In this document: positions 51,872-64,000 of the stretch, piece after piece
Layout: each line of letters opens with the position of its first letter
How positions within the stretch are numbered: the stretch's first letter is position 1
Source of the DNA: Haliotis rubra
Taxonomy: Eukaryota
Assembly: GCF_003918875.1 (NCBI RefSeq)
Contig: NW_025767331.1
Coordinates: 124,001 to 188,000, forward strand
DNA length: 64,000 nucleotides
Direction: 5' to 3'
Made by a program: the position numbers and the translations under genes
Notes under the pieces: model-generated
The model's input: the letters and a program-made list of their open reading frames with translations, nothing else
Database searches by the model: none
Told to the model about the DNA's origin: nothing

Positions 51872-53029
51872 AGCCCTATCTTGCTGAATCTGACCCTGCA
51901 TTACAAGTCTATCAAGCATATCCTCAAGGCGACATCCCCATGTTGTGGCATCCTCCTGAATTCCTTGACGAGCACTATAGAACTGAGCCATGAGGGCTTC
52001 ACCTTGCTCGGTGATAGAAGAACTATACACGCTCTTGAGTTTAGCTAATATAGTAATGAGTGAAGCAGAGTGACCTAACGCATAACAATGCGAGCTGCAT
52101 CGCCTCTCAAGGCTTTCCCAAGTGCTTGCTTGATCTCTTCTTCAGAATGTGAATGAGAATCAATTAAACCTTCGATCTCATAACACCAAACATCAAAAGG
52201 TGATTCTGATTAGGCATTAGGATCACCAGAAAAAGAAGAAAACCTTGGAGGTTGTTTCAGATTAACTGAACTAAACAGCCCTTGGGCTGGCGGACCTGCT
52301 ACATGACCGGAATCATTAGATTCATTGGATTGAGGGTTGGCCGCTGCTCCCTGAGATTCCTGAATGGAAACCATAGCTGTTACCCATTCACGTAACTCAT
52401 CTTCAGTTTTAGACTTAGGTTTAACACCTAACTTTTCAAAACTTGAAAGAAAAGCGGCCAACTCTTCAGCAGAAAGTTTAGACATGACTAAGTGTGGTAT
52501 AAAGCAAACATATGCACGATAATATTTACCAAGTGCAGATGCTGCGCTCCAAAGTCATAATTCTTGAAAATGGGACATGAGTTGCATAAATGGGAGATGG
52601 GTTGCATGTATGCAGGTAACTAAACTTGAAATGTAGTTTAGGTTTACATATTAAATGTTGAATGTTTAAATTACATTTAATTTATGTTTAATGGATAGAT
52701 ATTAGAAACTAACTTGGTGCTATAATAAATGAGTTAGTAACCTAATACCCAAACTTACCAGGATACCTCGACCAACATGACAAATAATTCCAACCAATGA
52801 CACACAAGACCAAAGGCAGATAGGACAGGAATGCTAAGTGGTGCAGTGCTACCCAGTACTTCCCTAACAGATTTAAACTAAAGTAGAGCTGAACTAAACG
52901 TACTAACTAATTAGCTAAACAACTTATGCAATCTGATTTATGGATAAATTAAGACACTAAGTGTAACTCGCCAATATATTCTTTTACGGTATATGCCAAG
53001 TTAAATAACTAAACCGTAGCCACTTAACT

Positions 53030-53265
53030 AACTAAATAGTTGAACACTCAAGATCTAATTCAGTATCTAACTTAACTAAACAGATCTAAACTAACTTGCT
53101 AAACTGTTTACAGGTCTAAACTAACTAAACTAAACAGTTTACAGATCTAAACTAACTTAACTAAACAGTTTACAGATCTAAAATAACTTAACTAAACAGT
53201 TTACTCATCTAAACTAACTAACTAACTTGCTAGCTAGCAAACTAAACTAACTAAACTCAACTAAC
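53030..53265. repeat. AT-rich tandem repeats in the Gypsy 5' leader
   Basis: aaacagtttacagatctaaactaacttaact-type units. Confidence 0.75.
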
Positions 53266-53648
53266 AGGATGACAGGATGTAACATGTCCAGTTGCAAACT
53301 GGCACTGTCTTCCATACTGATCACACAGTTATACTGATGTAGCACACATACAAATCTGTGACACAGCACAGATAATATCAGAAATGGTGCCATAATATAG
53401 TCCATGAATTCACACATGATGAGATGTCGAATTTATCAGCTGGCAAGGGGGATCCAACAGTCTGTATGCATCGTTATCACATGGGCATATGAGTCACATA
53501 CAAACAAAGTGTCACTTTTCACTTGAAGCAATTATCAATGGTGTCTATAGGCTAGCACAATTACCTATAGCATGATGAGATGACACTTATGGGGTTCCAA
53601 CGTAGGGTGGTGTTATTCCCGGGATGTCCTCATACCAGTCCGAAATCC

Positions 53649-53667
53649 AATCCCACCAGGGATGCCA
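53649..53667 (-). promoter_or_regulatory. Gypsy primer-binding site
   Basis: tggcatccctggtgggatt lies 1 nt inside the 5' LTR; from memory it resembles the complement of a tRNA-Arg 3' end. Confidence 0.75.
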
Positions 53668-53668
53668 T

Positions 53669-54881
53669 TGTAACAGAGGTATGCGTATACACTGTATGTT
53701 GGTTCAGTGATGACGAACACTTGTGTGGGGTTTCAGGGATTTATTCGGCGCTGGAGATGTGGGATAAGGAGATCCCCAGTTGACTGAACTATAACAAAAC
53801 GCCCTGAATAATAAAATATCCATCAATTAATACATGTCTCTTGTCATGAAATCATGTTATACATTCAATATGGTTACCACTATACTATTAATACACCTGA
53901 TAACTGTCAATCATCCAGATTTAAGCAAAGACATGTACTCTGATTATTACTCACATATATAACAATTATAATTACTAATATTTACAATCACATTCTGAAA
54001 ACAATACCTCACCTCGTCTCAGGGACGCAGGCAGAATAGTCCAACAGCTAATTAAACATCTGATTCTCAGTGAACCTAAATAAACAAAGTATTGCCTAAG
54101 TATACTGCTAGTATATACAGATATACATCATAAATGACATTAGCGAACACATAAATAGTTATCTTATTGACCCTAATACATACATCAATATGCATATAGA
54201 AACCAAACCATATAATAAACATGCATGATACACATTACTGTATCATGCCAATCATAAAATAGCTAATACATATACTTATACATACTACATATGCATGGTA
54301 CAAATTACAGCATCATGGTAGTATAAAATACCCTACTGTTCGAATAAACTCACGGCAGTATACTAGAGTACTGGTACACAATACATCATATATTGGTCTA
54401 AAATACTAAGCATGCATATATTTATAGACAAACACCTTACATACACTAAATATGATAAAACACTATTCCTTAAAACATGTACTCTAATACACTAAATCCT
54501 AATAGCCCTACTATACATGTAATACTAAAAGATCTAACTTAACTTACCCCATAATGTGCTGGTGCTGTGCAGGTATTGTGGTCTCAAGGAGAAAAATGTA
54601 TACTGCCACAAATGAAAGGCAGTAGAAGGCTTTAAATATGACGAGAAGGAGAAATTTATGAAACAATAGGAACCTTGACAACAGGCCAATGCAGAGATTG
54701 AACCTGACACAGATCACTTAACCATAACAATAGACCCCAAGCTAGCTTACCAGTGAGTTAGTTAAACAGTGCAAGTGTTAGTGTTAACACAGGCCAGTTT
54801 GGTAATGATAAAGTTTTATACCTAAGTTTAAAATAATGAAGTTTAACACATTAAAATGACATTTATTTACACACTGTTACA
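53669..54881 (-). repeat. Gypsy 5' LTR (1213 bp)
   Basis: Bounded by tgtaacag...ctgttaca. Confidence 0.95.
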
Positions 54882-55816
54882 TTTAGATTCTGAACATTCT
54901 ACTTTATAAATTTAGAGACACTGGGAAGGGTAAGGAATTGTGTTCTTGAACCTTGTGCACCCCACTTAATGAATCATTTCATCAACCAGGAAGTGACACG
55001 ACGCGACGGGAGATTTGAAGTTATACCGTGCCCAGCACAATTTATGATGAACTCGTTTAAAGTGTGAATCTGATTTCCTCCACTGCCAGGTTGCTTGGAA
55101 GAAGGTGTATACTAAGAGGATCCACTCAGGAAATGTACTCGTGTGTTTCTTCTCAGCCCTGAAAGCGAGTTGATCCACAGAAAGCGATGTATGTATGTAT
55201 GGAGTTATGTCCCTTACCTTCTACTTTAAGACTGATGTTTGTCACACGGTTTTTAAGTAGAACACTCTGACATATTACTTTATAAATACAATTATAAAAC
55301 CATAATATTGAATTGGAACACTGGTATGTAATTAAAGGTATAAATAACAGGTATGAGGTAATAAATGATTTATACACTATTTTTGTTATATGACACCAAC
55401 GCTGGTCCTCGAATATAACCGGAAACTGGATGAAGGCACAGGTCAGGACATGTTTCGACATATTACGTCATGCTCACTACCTATGCTTCGCGGAATGAAC
55501 ACATATAACCTCGCTTCGACATGTCTCAACGCTGTTGCAATATCTGCTCTCGTTAAATTTCCGGTCGGGTTGGTTAATGTCAACACGTTTGTTTGTTGGG
55601 ATATTAATACATGTGAAACATTTTTTAAAAAGGGAAAACATAAAGAGAATATTCGTGGATATATATGTTTATATTAGTGGTTTTGTTGGTGGTATAAGCA
55701 AGTTATGATTTTGGTGCACGAGGAATGACTGCAGTCCTTGCAACTTGTTCATTCCTTAACTGATAAAAGTAACATTTGTTTGAGTGGCATTTTAGAAGTT
55801 GAGAGTACAATATAGG

Positions 55817-55969
55817 ACAAACTTTATGGATAACAACTTCTTTTATTTCGTGAGTGCGACGTTTCGATACAGATTCTTATACCGTTGTCAAGCAGGAATG
55901 ACGGTACAAGAATCTGTATCGAAACGTCGCAGTCATGAAATAAAAGAAGTTGTTGTCCATTAAGTTTGT
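55817..55969. repeat. Long imperfect hairpin, possible Penelope-like element remnant
   Basis: About 70-bp arms containing cgaaacgtcg. Confidence 0.7.
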
Positions 55970-56278
55970 TCAAAAAAGTAACATTACCAGTAAATCACTC
56001 ACGAGAGAGACCTGTTAAAAAAGGCGTCAAATTATGTTTCATAAATCCAGATGTTTTCATATCCTGAAAGAAAATTACAGTCTGTAGGTGAGATGTCTGT
56101 TAACCAGCATACCAAATTCGTCTTTCACCAACGTCGCCAAAGACATACCAAAAAACACATGGTGTCCAAGAAAAAGGCTATTTTGTTGTAATTCGATCAT
56201 TACATCAGATAAGGCTACTAGTACATTAAAAATTGTAGTGTAACTGTTGACTGCGGGAATCTTCAGACTAATTTAAGA

Positions 56279-56520
56279 CCCGTGAAGGTCCGGGTTAGAA
56301 TATTGATCTTCATTAACCCATGCTTGTCGTAAGAGGCGACTAACGGGATCGGGTGGTCAGGCTCGCTGACTTGGTTGACACATGTCATCGGTTCCAAATT
56401 GCGCAGATCGATGCTCATGCTGTTGAACAATGGATTGTCTGGTGCAGACTCGATTATTTACTGACCGCCGCCATATAGCTGGAATATTGCTGAGTGTGGC
56501 GTAAAACTAAACGCACTCAC
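56279..56520 (+). mobile_element. SINE family C, complete copy with a non-tRNA structured head
   Basis: 16-bp TSD tcagactaatttaaga (56263-56278, 56521-56536); 3' tail shared with family B. Confidence 0.9.
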
Positions 56521-57662
56521 TCAGACTAATTTAAGATTTAAACATGGCGGTTGGTTATGGTTGGGTTGCTGATGAAAAGAATAAAATAGAAAGTCCATTG
56601 TCTATCTCCACATTACCTCCAAGCATGAGCGGAGTTTGAAGGTATTGGTTCTTAGAATCGCAGAGTTATTACCCTGTTCTTTCTTCACGTAAGTGTTCCT
56701 CTAAGTTTAAGTCAAAAGAATATATGATAAATAAGATAGAAAAACAGATCCCAGCGATCAGCGAAGAATGAAAGGCTATTTTAGATTAACATGACATCCC
56801 CATGCCGACTTATGACATTGAGATATCAATTAAAGCGATGAAACCTATCGGTAATAATTTCATACAATTATATTCTCTAGTATTTCACTCAGACTAGCAG
56901 AGTCCTTTACAGTAAGTGTTTCACAAAATATACTTACTTTATTTTCCTTAAAATGACAGGAAGGTTTGCGTTAAGATATGGCAAAATACATAAAATCCAC
57001 ATACTTCGAATGAACCTGTAAACACCAAAAAGTGCAAAATTATCGTTTCCTATGTAAACATTGTTTCTTAAATGAAAGACGTAAATGAATTAGCAATAAA
57101 TAAATCACCATGGTGCAGTGTTTGTTACCAATGCAGTGTAACACACAACGTCCCAACATGCAGGAAATAAAGCACATAATTTAAATATATTTTTCATTGG
57201 GGTGGGGCTTGCCCCCAGGGTGTGGGCTCGAACACACTGCCCGGGCAGGCTTATAAATAGCTTCGTGCGATTATGTAACATGTTCTAGACAAAAGAAAAA
57301 AATTAAACAATCGTGTCGCCATATATCCATTACTCTGCATATTCACAGATTGGACCGCGTAAACACGTGTTTTGAATACTCCCCAACAGCGAAGGTGACG
57401 TCTTAATGAATGTTTTGATCAAGCTTTGAACCGAGTAACGCTCGAGGCAAACATATTTCACTGAATTTCGTGGAAAAGCCGCCCTTTCCCGCCCTAATCA
57501 GGTCAGACTTTATAAACTCTCCTCACCATCGCACCAGTCACTGTCGATGCGAGGAGCTCCACTGACTAGGGCTACATAAAGCTGCGCAACCCGCTTCAAA
57601 TCGCCATCATTTCTTGGAGAACTTCGCAATAAGGATTAGAGCTCAAGCTACCACTTTCCACC

Positions 57663-60600
57663 ATGGCGGCAAGTAAAGGACATAACAACGCAACCGGAAT
57701 TATCTCCGCAATTGTGCTCGTTTTCGGTGAGTATTAGGAAAGAATGTCTTTTTTGTTTTGGCGAATTTAAAGAACCGTGTGTATGGGAGCTGGCATGGCA
57801 GTGGATGGCCGCGTGCTGGCTGGAAGTCAACACAGTGGCGGAGGCTGCGGGCTTCTCGGCTGTGACTGTAATGGTGGGCGAGCTTGTTGTTTCCACTGTG
57901 TGCCATGTCACGTACGCTTGGAATACCACTTAACGCTGTTACTTGACTGTGATTCCTGTTAGATCTATCTGTTTTCGATAACAAAATTAAAACAAAACCA
58001 AAACGCTCAAGAGATAATTCCAAGAAACCCCAACCGAGGGCATTTCATGGAATATGCGAAATATTTTACAGATATCAACTATGGAAAAAGTGCGCCCGGT
58101 AAAGTGCAGTACACCCAGAAACTGAATATCACAATTGCGGTGGTTAAACCAACCAAGGCAGTTTTAAAGAGATAAAATGGGTTCATACATTTAAATTGAA
58201 AACAGCTTTCAAATTCGTTGTGAAAGTTTTGGTGTAATCTAGCCACGATTATACGTTTATGGGTTTTTTTCTCCCCTGAATTGACCGTAAAACCACCCGA
58301 GACCATGTTCTCAGTTCACAACTCTGCAATTTGTCGGGTTGAGCCCGGATCTGTGTTAAAGATAGCCCGCTGAAACCTTCGTGACCCAGCAGGGTTGAGT
58401 GTTGCGCGATTCAGTTATTTTAGAGCATAGAGAGGTGTTTTGTGTTGAAATACCAGCTTATATCGTTGAAACAGTTCACACTGCCGTTCGGTCACGGCGA
58501 CCCAGGAAATGTCTGTTGGTTAACCGCTGACTAGAGTGACGTAGCCGTGATGTTTGTTCGCAGGATGGGGAGGGAGGTAGTTACTGTGTCCGACGGATGT
58601 GCATGGTTGTCCTGCTTTAGGGGATCAGTAAATCTACTGTACACTTAGGTTTTACACCATATTGCAGGCAAAGAGAATTAGAACAGAATACTGAATAGTA
58701 TTTATTTCTCACAATTCATTTAAATGAATAATGTTATTGAAGTTCAGAATACACTAGATAACTGTGCCTTTTTAGATGTTATATAAAATGAGATATAAAT
58801 ATAATGCAGCATGCGAATTTACAAGACAGATATGTGGTGAAATTAGTTTTATGCTGTACTCTACAATATTCCAGCTATATGGCTGAGGTCTGCAAATAAT
58901 CGAGTCTGGACCAAACAATCCAGTGATTGACAGCATGATCATCAATCTATGCAATTGGGATACAATGACATGTTTCAGCCAAGTCAGCGAACCTGACAAC
59001 CTGATCCGGTTAGTCGCTGTTGTTTAGGTTTAGAATGCGCAGTTTAGTTGTGGGTTCTTGTCATTGGTTGTGGATGTGCTGTTTATTGCTGTCTGTATGC
59101 ACTGTTGGTTGTCAAATATAGATGGAATATGGTTTGTCCAGTTTGTCAAGGGATCTTGTATCTTCCAACCATCCATCGGCAAGTGCCCCCCTTATCTGTT
59201 CCCAGGTATCATCCTCAGCGTTGTGTTGAGTGTGCTGCTGATGAAGGCGGAGAAGTTCTTAGTGAAAGAAGTCAACAAGCAGATGGGTGACAACTACGGA
59301 AGCCAGTTCCACAGCAGCGACCTTGACACCAACTCGTTCAGCTATGCTAATGCGCCTATATGGTCCCTTGGATTTGCTGTAAGTTTTCAGAAACCCAACA
59401 AAATGAACTTTAATACGTAACCGCGATACCTCATTTATTTATAGCAGATTTTGTGACAGTTAGGAGGGAGGAGGGAAGGAAACATGCAGAAGACTTAACT
59501 GGACACAATGAACTCTGCATTTTATAATGATTTTATGAATATGGAAAAGGTTTTGTGGAGCTGCACAAGTGATAAACACTTAACTCTTGTGTCCTGTGCT
59601 TTTAACTGGAACTTCCAGTATATTGTAGTGTGTTGGCTGTTGTTCAAGTGTTTGTATGTCTTTATTAAATCACTTTTAAGACATTACTGTTACCAGGGTT
59701 TCCCACTGTTTCAGTACATTGTTCCTGGGCTGATCGGTTGCCTCTCGGCTTTCATCCAAAAGAAGGCAGCGGTATGTGGTCCCGATTGTGTTCTATGCTT
59801 CTTTTTAGTAGTGTTCTACTGCTCTTCAAGCCTTAGCCAAGCAGTTAAATATTTTGAGTGGACAGGTTTGAAACCCGCTGATGACATGTGCAATATATAA
59901 ATTTGTTCATTTAGAAAAACTTGCCGTCTCTCTGGTCACTGCATGGATGAAATACCACCAAAGTACATGTTGTTTCATGTTATGTCCTCAAATACATCAT
60001 GTCCTCCAGAACATCACACTCGCGTTGTCATGCTCCGTCGTCCAGTACAAGGGGCGGTGGGGTAGCCTAGTGGTTAAAGCATTCGCTTGTCATGCCGAAG
60101 ACACGGAATGCCGATTCCCCACATGGGTAGAATGTGTGAAGCCCATTTCTGGTGTCCCCCCGGCCGCGATATTGCTGGAATATTGCTGAAAGCGGTCTAA
60201 AACTATACTCACTCATTCTCTCACTCACATAATGCTGATGTAATGTCCTCTGTCCTTCAGTACATCACCCACATGGTGTTCAGCATCATCACCCTAGTCG
60301 TGATGGGAATCTTCTTCATCGTGGGAATCTTGGCCATGGCAGGACTGGCTGTCTCTCATCCCAGTCAGTGTACCCCCCTTGGGGAGAAGTGTGTGTGCTC
60401 GTAAGTCACTAGGCGGATAGATGGATGGATGGATGGATGGAATTAGACTAATGTTTAGTCCCTGAGTACACGCATGATTTTTTCCCAGGATCCGTAGGTT
60501 TGATCGCGCTGGGTCATTCGTGTGAATCGTCTAAACCTGCGGTCCTGAAGACCCCGGCTCATTTTTCCTCTTTTTAATATATATATATATATATTTATTT

Positions 60601-61835
60601 ATTTTTAATAGTAACAAATAAACCTGTTTTAAATTGAAAAGAGCCTCGGTGAGCTGGGAGATTGAGGACCTGGGGAAATCTAGACTTGGTTCATTTAGGG
60701 AGGGAGGGCTAGGCTGTAGGGAACATAATGTGGTTCAGGGACTGTGAGACAGACTAGGATGGAATGTAAGGGAACACATTCTTCAAGTACTACACACTTT
60801 GACATACTGAGTATCTTCACCCATTGTGAAAAAGTTTGTTTTGAAAGAATATGGTCATTGCCATAACGATCCATTTTTACAAGAGACCTGAGACTAATGT
60901 CGCTGCTTTAACTCATGTGACAAGGAGCTGAACAGTTCAGATATTTTGTGACTTAACTCTCATTGAATAATTTTGCAACACTGTTAAAAACATCAACCAA
61001 GTATGTCTAACAACTGATTTTTATAATCGTTTACCAATTCGTTTATTCAGTATTCTAAAAACCACTTCCATAATAAATTCTCCATGCCCTGATGTGTATT
61101 ATTTTCTATTACAGACCTGATGACTTCTCTACTCCATCCCCAATTGACATGTCCTGTGATGACATCAAGAGCCTCTATGCCATGGTCGTTGTCATCATCC
61201 TGGTGCTGGTCTTTGCTTGGATCCTCACCCTTGTCAGCACCATCCTGTCCGGGATCCTGGCCTGCAGACATGAGGTTAGCCAAATCACTCAGCAATTGTT
61301 TTAAGAAGCAGCTAAACAAGTCTTCACCAGATTTGATTTACCACACAACATACCATTTTTTTTCTTGGAAGTTACACCTGACTTGCTTAACAGTCTGATA
61401 TTGTTGGTCCAGGGCTAGGTATGCTAATTTATCACTAAATTGTATTGGGCTGTCTTTGTTTTATCTGTACGCATTGTTTGTGCGATGGCTTGGGTTGTTC
61501 CTTGTTGCTATAATCCTGTATCCTTTAATTACTCTTTTTTGACTGTAACATCCAATAGTACAATTGTTTATGATTAATATATAATAACTAAGATCTTGCT
61601 TTGTCTGACTTGGTGACTCCTGTTGATATTCTGAATTTTAACAGTATTCAAGATCCTAGAATAATCTTGTTTTCTTCAGCCTGCTGGTGGAGTGATCATC
61701 CAGAGGACACCCGTGACGACCACCGTGGTTCACAGCAGCCGCATTACGGGGATGGAAGTTGCTCACCCACACGTCCAGTACCAACCCCCTCCCACTCAAG
61801 ACAACGCCAAGCTGGTCTACAACATGGAGTACTAG
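57663..61835 (+). CDS. MS4A/CD20-like four-TM protein, paralog 3 (249 aa); exons 57663-57726, 59206-59378, 59715-59771, 60261-60400, 61115-61274, 61680-61835
   Basis: Six exons with canonical GT-AG ends and phases 1,0,0,2,0 join into a 750-nt ORF: MAASKGHNNATGIISAIVLVFG/IILSVVLSVLL...APIWSLGFA/YIVPGLIGCLSAFIQKKAA/YITHMVFSIITLVVMGIFFIVGILAMAGL...C/...LYAMVVVIILVLVFAWILTLVSTILSGILACRHE/PAGG...MEY*. Four hydrophobic segments, a PIW..G..YI.PG motif in TM2 and cysteines in the TM3-TM4 loop resemble MS4A. AATAAA lies near 61969. Confidence 0.85.
58843..59017 (-). mobile_element. SINE family C, diverged partial copy in intron 1 of paralog 3
   Basis: Reverse complement matches the family C body. Confidence 0.8.
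60051..60228 (+). mobile_element. SINE family B in intron 3 of paralog 3
   Basis: Full-length diverged copy ending about 30 nt before the exon-4 acceptor. Confidence 0.9.
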
Positions 61836-63688
61836 ACATTGTGCTGACAGAGGTCTCAACTCAGTCTGCAGCATTTACTGTTGTCCTTTTCATACTGCAC
61901 CATGTTTAAAAAAAATCACTAAGTGATTTCATAGTTCAAAGGATCTTTTCATATTGTAATGTTTCACCAATAAAATCACAAAGTGATTCATAGATCAAGA
62001 AATCAATTATGCCAGGAAGCTATCTTGGTTCTTGTCAGTGTTATTGTAAGCTATCAAGTATTCCTGCAAAAAAGGAATGGCTAGAAAGCCCCAAACATGG
62101 GAATAGTCCACAAGAATTCACCCAGTGACTTATATTTTTTGACATTAAAAGTTTTTGTGAGATTTAACTTCAGTTTTTTCTGTGTTCCTTTTCCTGCTTC
62201 TGTCAGCATGCATTTGTCCTTGCCTGTCTGCATAATGTAGAGACCAATATGTATCCTGCTGTTTATTTTAGCCATGTGAATATTTACAAAGGTCATTTTA
62301 ACGTTGGTTGTACTATTGAGTTAAGTGCTTTTTTCATTATGTGTTGTGTAGATATTAGTTTCTTTATCCTCAAGTTTTTGTACTTCCAATCATGCCCCTA
62401 TGTGAATCCTCCTCCTTTGAATCCTTCCCCCTTGCAAAGACAGTTTTACCCCAGGGGTCACTATGCTGGTTGCATGTCTTACAGTATATCCAGGCCAGGT
62501 GATAATGGCTAACTCAGAGTGGTCCAACAGTCCTGTAAATTACAACATACCTTGCCTGTGTAACAGTACCGAATGTGGCCTTAAACAACAAAACTTAATA
62601 TGTCAACACGACATTATTACCTTTAACATTACACCATACACAAGTAGGTGATGTCGACTTTATTGGAACTGGAGGATGCACTTATGAACAGGTCCAATAA
62701 GGAAGCACTTAAACTTCGTGTCTTGCCTATAGCTGTGCATTAACATCTCTACCTTGTTGCTTATCCGTTTATAGCCCTGTTTGGATAATGTACCTAAATA
62801 CAGATTGTCATCGACCTTGTCCTAGGTTCATGGACATGCTAGTCCAGAGGCTTTGTGTTTACATGCCAGAGGTATGATTAACTGTTTCTTTAGAATCTCA
62901 AATTACTCCCTTGTTCAGTTGGGCGCCCCCCAGCCCTATCAACCAGGGCAGCATGTCTCCCCTATTATCTCGCTGAAAACTACACGCCCTGTTGTCAACC
63001 TTTTTTGGTCTTTTTCTCCGACTTTTACTTGTATATTCTAATTACCTTTCTTTTGCTCGCTCTGTTAAATGTTTTTAGAAAATAAATAAAATGGTTTTCC
63101 AAAGCAGTGTTTTGGCTTTAGTTTTACGGGAGGCCAGTGCTCATCTTATGGGCCAGCCGGGATGATGTAATGACGCCATCTCACTCGTCCTTTCAAGTGG
63201 AAGGGGAACCTAACTTAAAGTCATGATAGCAGGCTGGGACTGAATGTGTAGAGGCGACACGTGATCGACAATGTCCTTATGGGATGTAGGAACACGCTTA
63301 AATTAGGCGAAAGGGCTTGAGCCAGAAGGGGTCCTGCAAGACTTTGAAAGTCAGATTTGTCGCATTTTTTTCAATGACTGCTGACAATGAACTGATGAAT
63401 GTATTTGCACATATTGGCACATCCAGCGGCAGCTTGTTGCAGACGGAGAACAGAGTTATACTTGCTGGCCTAGGATTGAATGGAGTGTTCTCAAACTTTT
63501 TAGTGCTGTAACCGAGGGGCTTCAGAAACCGAAGAAAAGACGTTATCCAATGTATAAACTGACCTTTACTCATCAGAATCTTTAAAGATGACATGAATAT
63601 GTACGTTTTTGGACATATGCAGTACATTGGAGCAGCTTACCGGTAGAAGGCAGAAGGCATGGTGTATGTTTGAACCGTTTATAAATAG

Positions 63689-63840
63689 TTTGGTTTTACG
63701 TCGTTTTAGCAATATTTCAGCAATATCACAACGGGGGCCACTAGAAATGGTCTTCACACACTGTACCTCTGTAGGAAATCGAACCTGGATCTTCCGCGTG
63801 ACGAGCGAACGCATTACCCACTAGGCTACCCCACCGCCCC
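63689..63840 (-). mobile_element. SINE family B
   Basis: Diverged full-length copy. Confidence 0.85.
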
Positions 63841-64000
63841 GTTTAACAATAGTTCCTATCAGTACTATTTTTACTCCTTTGTGCATTGCTATTACCGATT
63901 TCGGGACCATAAATGGCTTCCTATGTTAAGTATCCATCTATGTTATCTTGTCACTTTAGTTGTATATAAGTAAGCACTCTGCTTCCAAGCTTTCATTCAT

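Larger units (their letters stand above)
46646..52485 (-). pseudogene. gag: Gypsy gag, split by the insertion at 47142-51871
   Basis: MSKLSAEELAAF...FSSFSGD, FYSARQ..EDATTWGCRLE, FWSGLRQELKD and knuckle CYGCGQYGHIQLGC. The frame reads DRA|TSVLR after removing the insertion and one TSD. Confidence 0.85.
41446..54881 (-). mobile_element. Ty3/Gypsy LTR retrotransposon, near complete, interrupted by an EnSpm-type element
   Basis: Paired LTRs, PBS, PPT, gag, and protease LLDTGSS, RT YLDD, RNase H DAS and integrase domains in Gypsy order. Confidence 0.95.

Overview
Repeat-rich animal genomic DNA with spliceosomal introns; the SINE/MITE content suggests a marine invertebrate, possibly a gastropod mollusc (inference). 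The host content is a + strand tandem cluster of three paralogous six-exon genes for four-TM MS4A/CD20-like proteins: a pseudogene (exons 4-6 only, 6560-9449) and two intact-looking genes (19631-29414, 236 aa; 57663-61835, 249 aa), reconstructed by hand from GT-AG junctions with matching exon phases. The main unexplained feature is a 33-bp minisatellite that is a duplicated exon-4 splice acceptor (branch-like motif, pyrimidine tract, CAG, first exon codons). It occurs once in gene 3, as 8 in-frame acceptors in gene 2, and as about 40 degenerate units in the pseudogene. The remainder is nested mobile DNA: a BEL/Pao element with a SINE in gag, a Tx1/L1 fragment, an old Gypsy remnant, a Tc1 element, and a young Gypsy whose gag is split by a 4.7-kb EnSpm/CACTA-type element with DUF4806/BEN-like exon remnants. 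There are also four SINE families (one with a non-tRNA pseudoknotted head), MITEs, long palindromes, many minisatellites and a 164-N gap.
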